Source: Lophium mytilinum
Taxonomy: Eukaryota
Reading direction: 5' to 3'
Length of the DNA: 64,000 bases
NCBI GenBank assembly: GCA_010093605.1
Contig: MU004192.1
Span: 380,882-444,881, forward strand
This document shows, one piece after another, positions 62,266-64,000 of the stretch; position 1 is the first letter of the stretch, and the number at the start of each line of letters is the position of its first letter. Below the pieces are notes generated by a model, which was given only the letters and a program-made list of their open reading frames with translations, had not been told where the DNA came from and searched no databases. The translations under genes and the position numbers were made by a program.

Positions 62266-64000
62266 ATGCCCATCCGCGTTCCTTTGAAGAAAAAGCGTCG
62301 AGGCGTGCACTTTAGACCTGCCATGACGACCCCGCAAGCTCCTTCACAGTCGCCCTCCACCAGACTGCAGGAACATCTCACTCCATCACAACAAATCGAA
62401 GAGCTCTCCGATTCTGAAGGCTTCGAAGACACAATGGAGCCCGCGACCACACAACCACTGCCTTCGTTTCCGAAGCTGCAGATGTTTGAGTCGCCATTAC
62501 GGGATGAATTGGTGACGGACAGCTCCGAAATCGAGACGGAGACGTTGGACGACATACTCCCATTCCTCGACGGGAATCCGTACAACTTCGAGCTTAATTC
62601 CTTTGGTGTACCGAAGCTACAACGCCTCGAGCATATCATATTTCTCCACAAAGCACTACGCACTTATCCGGCGCAGTTCGCCGCTATGGATGCTGCCCGG
62701 CCTTGGCTTCTTTATTGGAGCTTGCAAGGCCTCACATGTCTTAATGAGGACGTTTCTGAGTATCGCGAACGGTAGGCTAGTCTTCTACTGTTTATTCCAG
62801 CATACAATACACGCCCTTTTCTTCTCAATCACTTGATTCAATCGGCTTCAAGTTCTACGCGTCGAAGTCAAGGCATTTTTCCATCACTCTCCAAGAACGA
62901 GTAGATAAGATTCATGTGCATTGAAAAGAGATTCCTGACTTCCTCTATAGCGTCACGTATACCTTCTCAGCAGCTCAGCACCCGATGGGCGGCTTTGGAG
63001 GCGGCCATGGGCAACTCCCCCACCTAGCAGGGTCATACGCCGCGGTTCTCAGCTTGATCATCGTCGGCGGCAAAGAAGCATACGACATGATAGACCGGAA
63101 AACCATGTACTGCAACCACACTACTAGACACTTTCGCTCTTCTAATACTAGACTAGGTGGCACTTTCTAGGCAACATGAAGCAAGCTGATGGCGGCTTCA
63201 CCATGGCGCCCGGCGGCGAAGAAGACATTCGGGGCGCCTTTTGCGCAATGGTCATCGTGGCTCTCCTCAACCTCCCTCTAGAGCTCCCACCAACGTCACC
63301 CGCTAGAATCAAAGGCGACGAAACCTTCCTCACTAAGCTCCCCGAATGGATATCTCGCTGCCAAACCTTCGAGGGTGGCATCGGCGCTGCCCCTACCAAC
63401 GAAGCCCACGGCGCCTACGCTTTCTGTGCCCTAGGGTGCCTCGCCCTTCTCGGTTCCCCAGAAGAAATGCTGAACAAGCACCTCGACGTCCCCGCATTAC
63501 TGTCCTGGCTCGCGAGCAGGCAGACGCAGCCAGAGGGCGGTTTCCAGGGCCGGACGAACAAGCTTGTGGATGGGTGCTACAGCCACTGGGTTGGGGGATG
63601 CTGGGCGATCGTCGAGGCGGCGGTGCAAGGGAGCAAGGATGGAGTGGGGGCGAGGCTATGGCGGAGGGAGGGACTGGCGCGATACATTCTTGCGTGTTGC
63701 CAAGGGCAGAAGGGAGGGTTGAGGGATAAGCCTGGGAAGTAAGTCGCTTCTCTTTACCTTTTGGCATTCTGAGATTCGGGATACTAGGTGTGATGGAGCT
63801 GACGCATTCGGATAGATACCCAGACGCCTACCACACCTGCTACAATCTGGCCGGTCTGAGTGCAGCTCAGCATCGGTACGTGTACGACTATGAGAAGAAC
63901 AGCGGGACTACTGCAGCGCCGTTGAGTGCAGCGTTCAATTGGACGGTGGCGGACGTAGTTGAGGAGGAGGGAAAGATCTGGGACCGGGAGGACACAGTCA
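62266..64000 (+). CDS. RAM1: Protein farnesyltransferase beta subunit (3' end outside window)
   Basis: MDAARPWLLYWSLQGL, GGFGGGHGQLPHLAGSYAA, GGEEDIRGAFCA, CQTFEGG, EAHGAYAFC, GRTNKLVDGCYSHW and GGLRDKPGKYPDAYHTCY; introns at 62772-62950, ~63107-63156 and ~63739-63815. Confidence 0.93.

Overview
Intron-rich filamentous ascomycete (Pezizomycotina, Dothideomycete-like) nuclear DNA. It has short GT-AG introns with CTRAC-type branch points and no prokaryotic features. Intact genes, mostly hand-spliced: the 3' end of a fungal transcription factor, a ~2,200-aa NACHT/TPR-like NLR-type protein, MRPL20, COX9, TAF8, SOM1, an XRCC2-like Rad51 paralogue, DUG1, two aldo-keto reductases, an unassigned ~617-aa protein, a DUF3431-like protein, a claudin-like tetraspan, an intron-containing tRNA-Glu(TTC), an intronless Zn2Cys6 factor, a cytochrome P450 divergent from an 11-exon LaeA-like methyltransferase, tetra-ubiquitin, an MFS transporter, a cupin and RAM1 (runs off the window). 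Three accessory or decayed tracts interrupt these: ~9.4-12.7 kb (HET relic), ~20.7-29.7 kb (repeat triplet, pectate lyase pseudogene, other relics) and ~38.1-42.4 kb. The last is the most unusual. It starts with an inverted, intron-containing 44-bp copy of the neighbouring tRNA-Glu and carries an intact Ulp1/SENP-like gene lacking the catalytic His and Cys. That gene is bracketed by two tandem arrays sharing a RACTTCCC core, followed by a fold-back element. A 502-bp element with 54-bp TIRs and an AT-rich, RIP-like interior sits in the MFS/cupin divergent promoter. All family calls are from motif recognition; no database searches were run.
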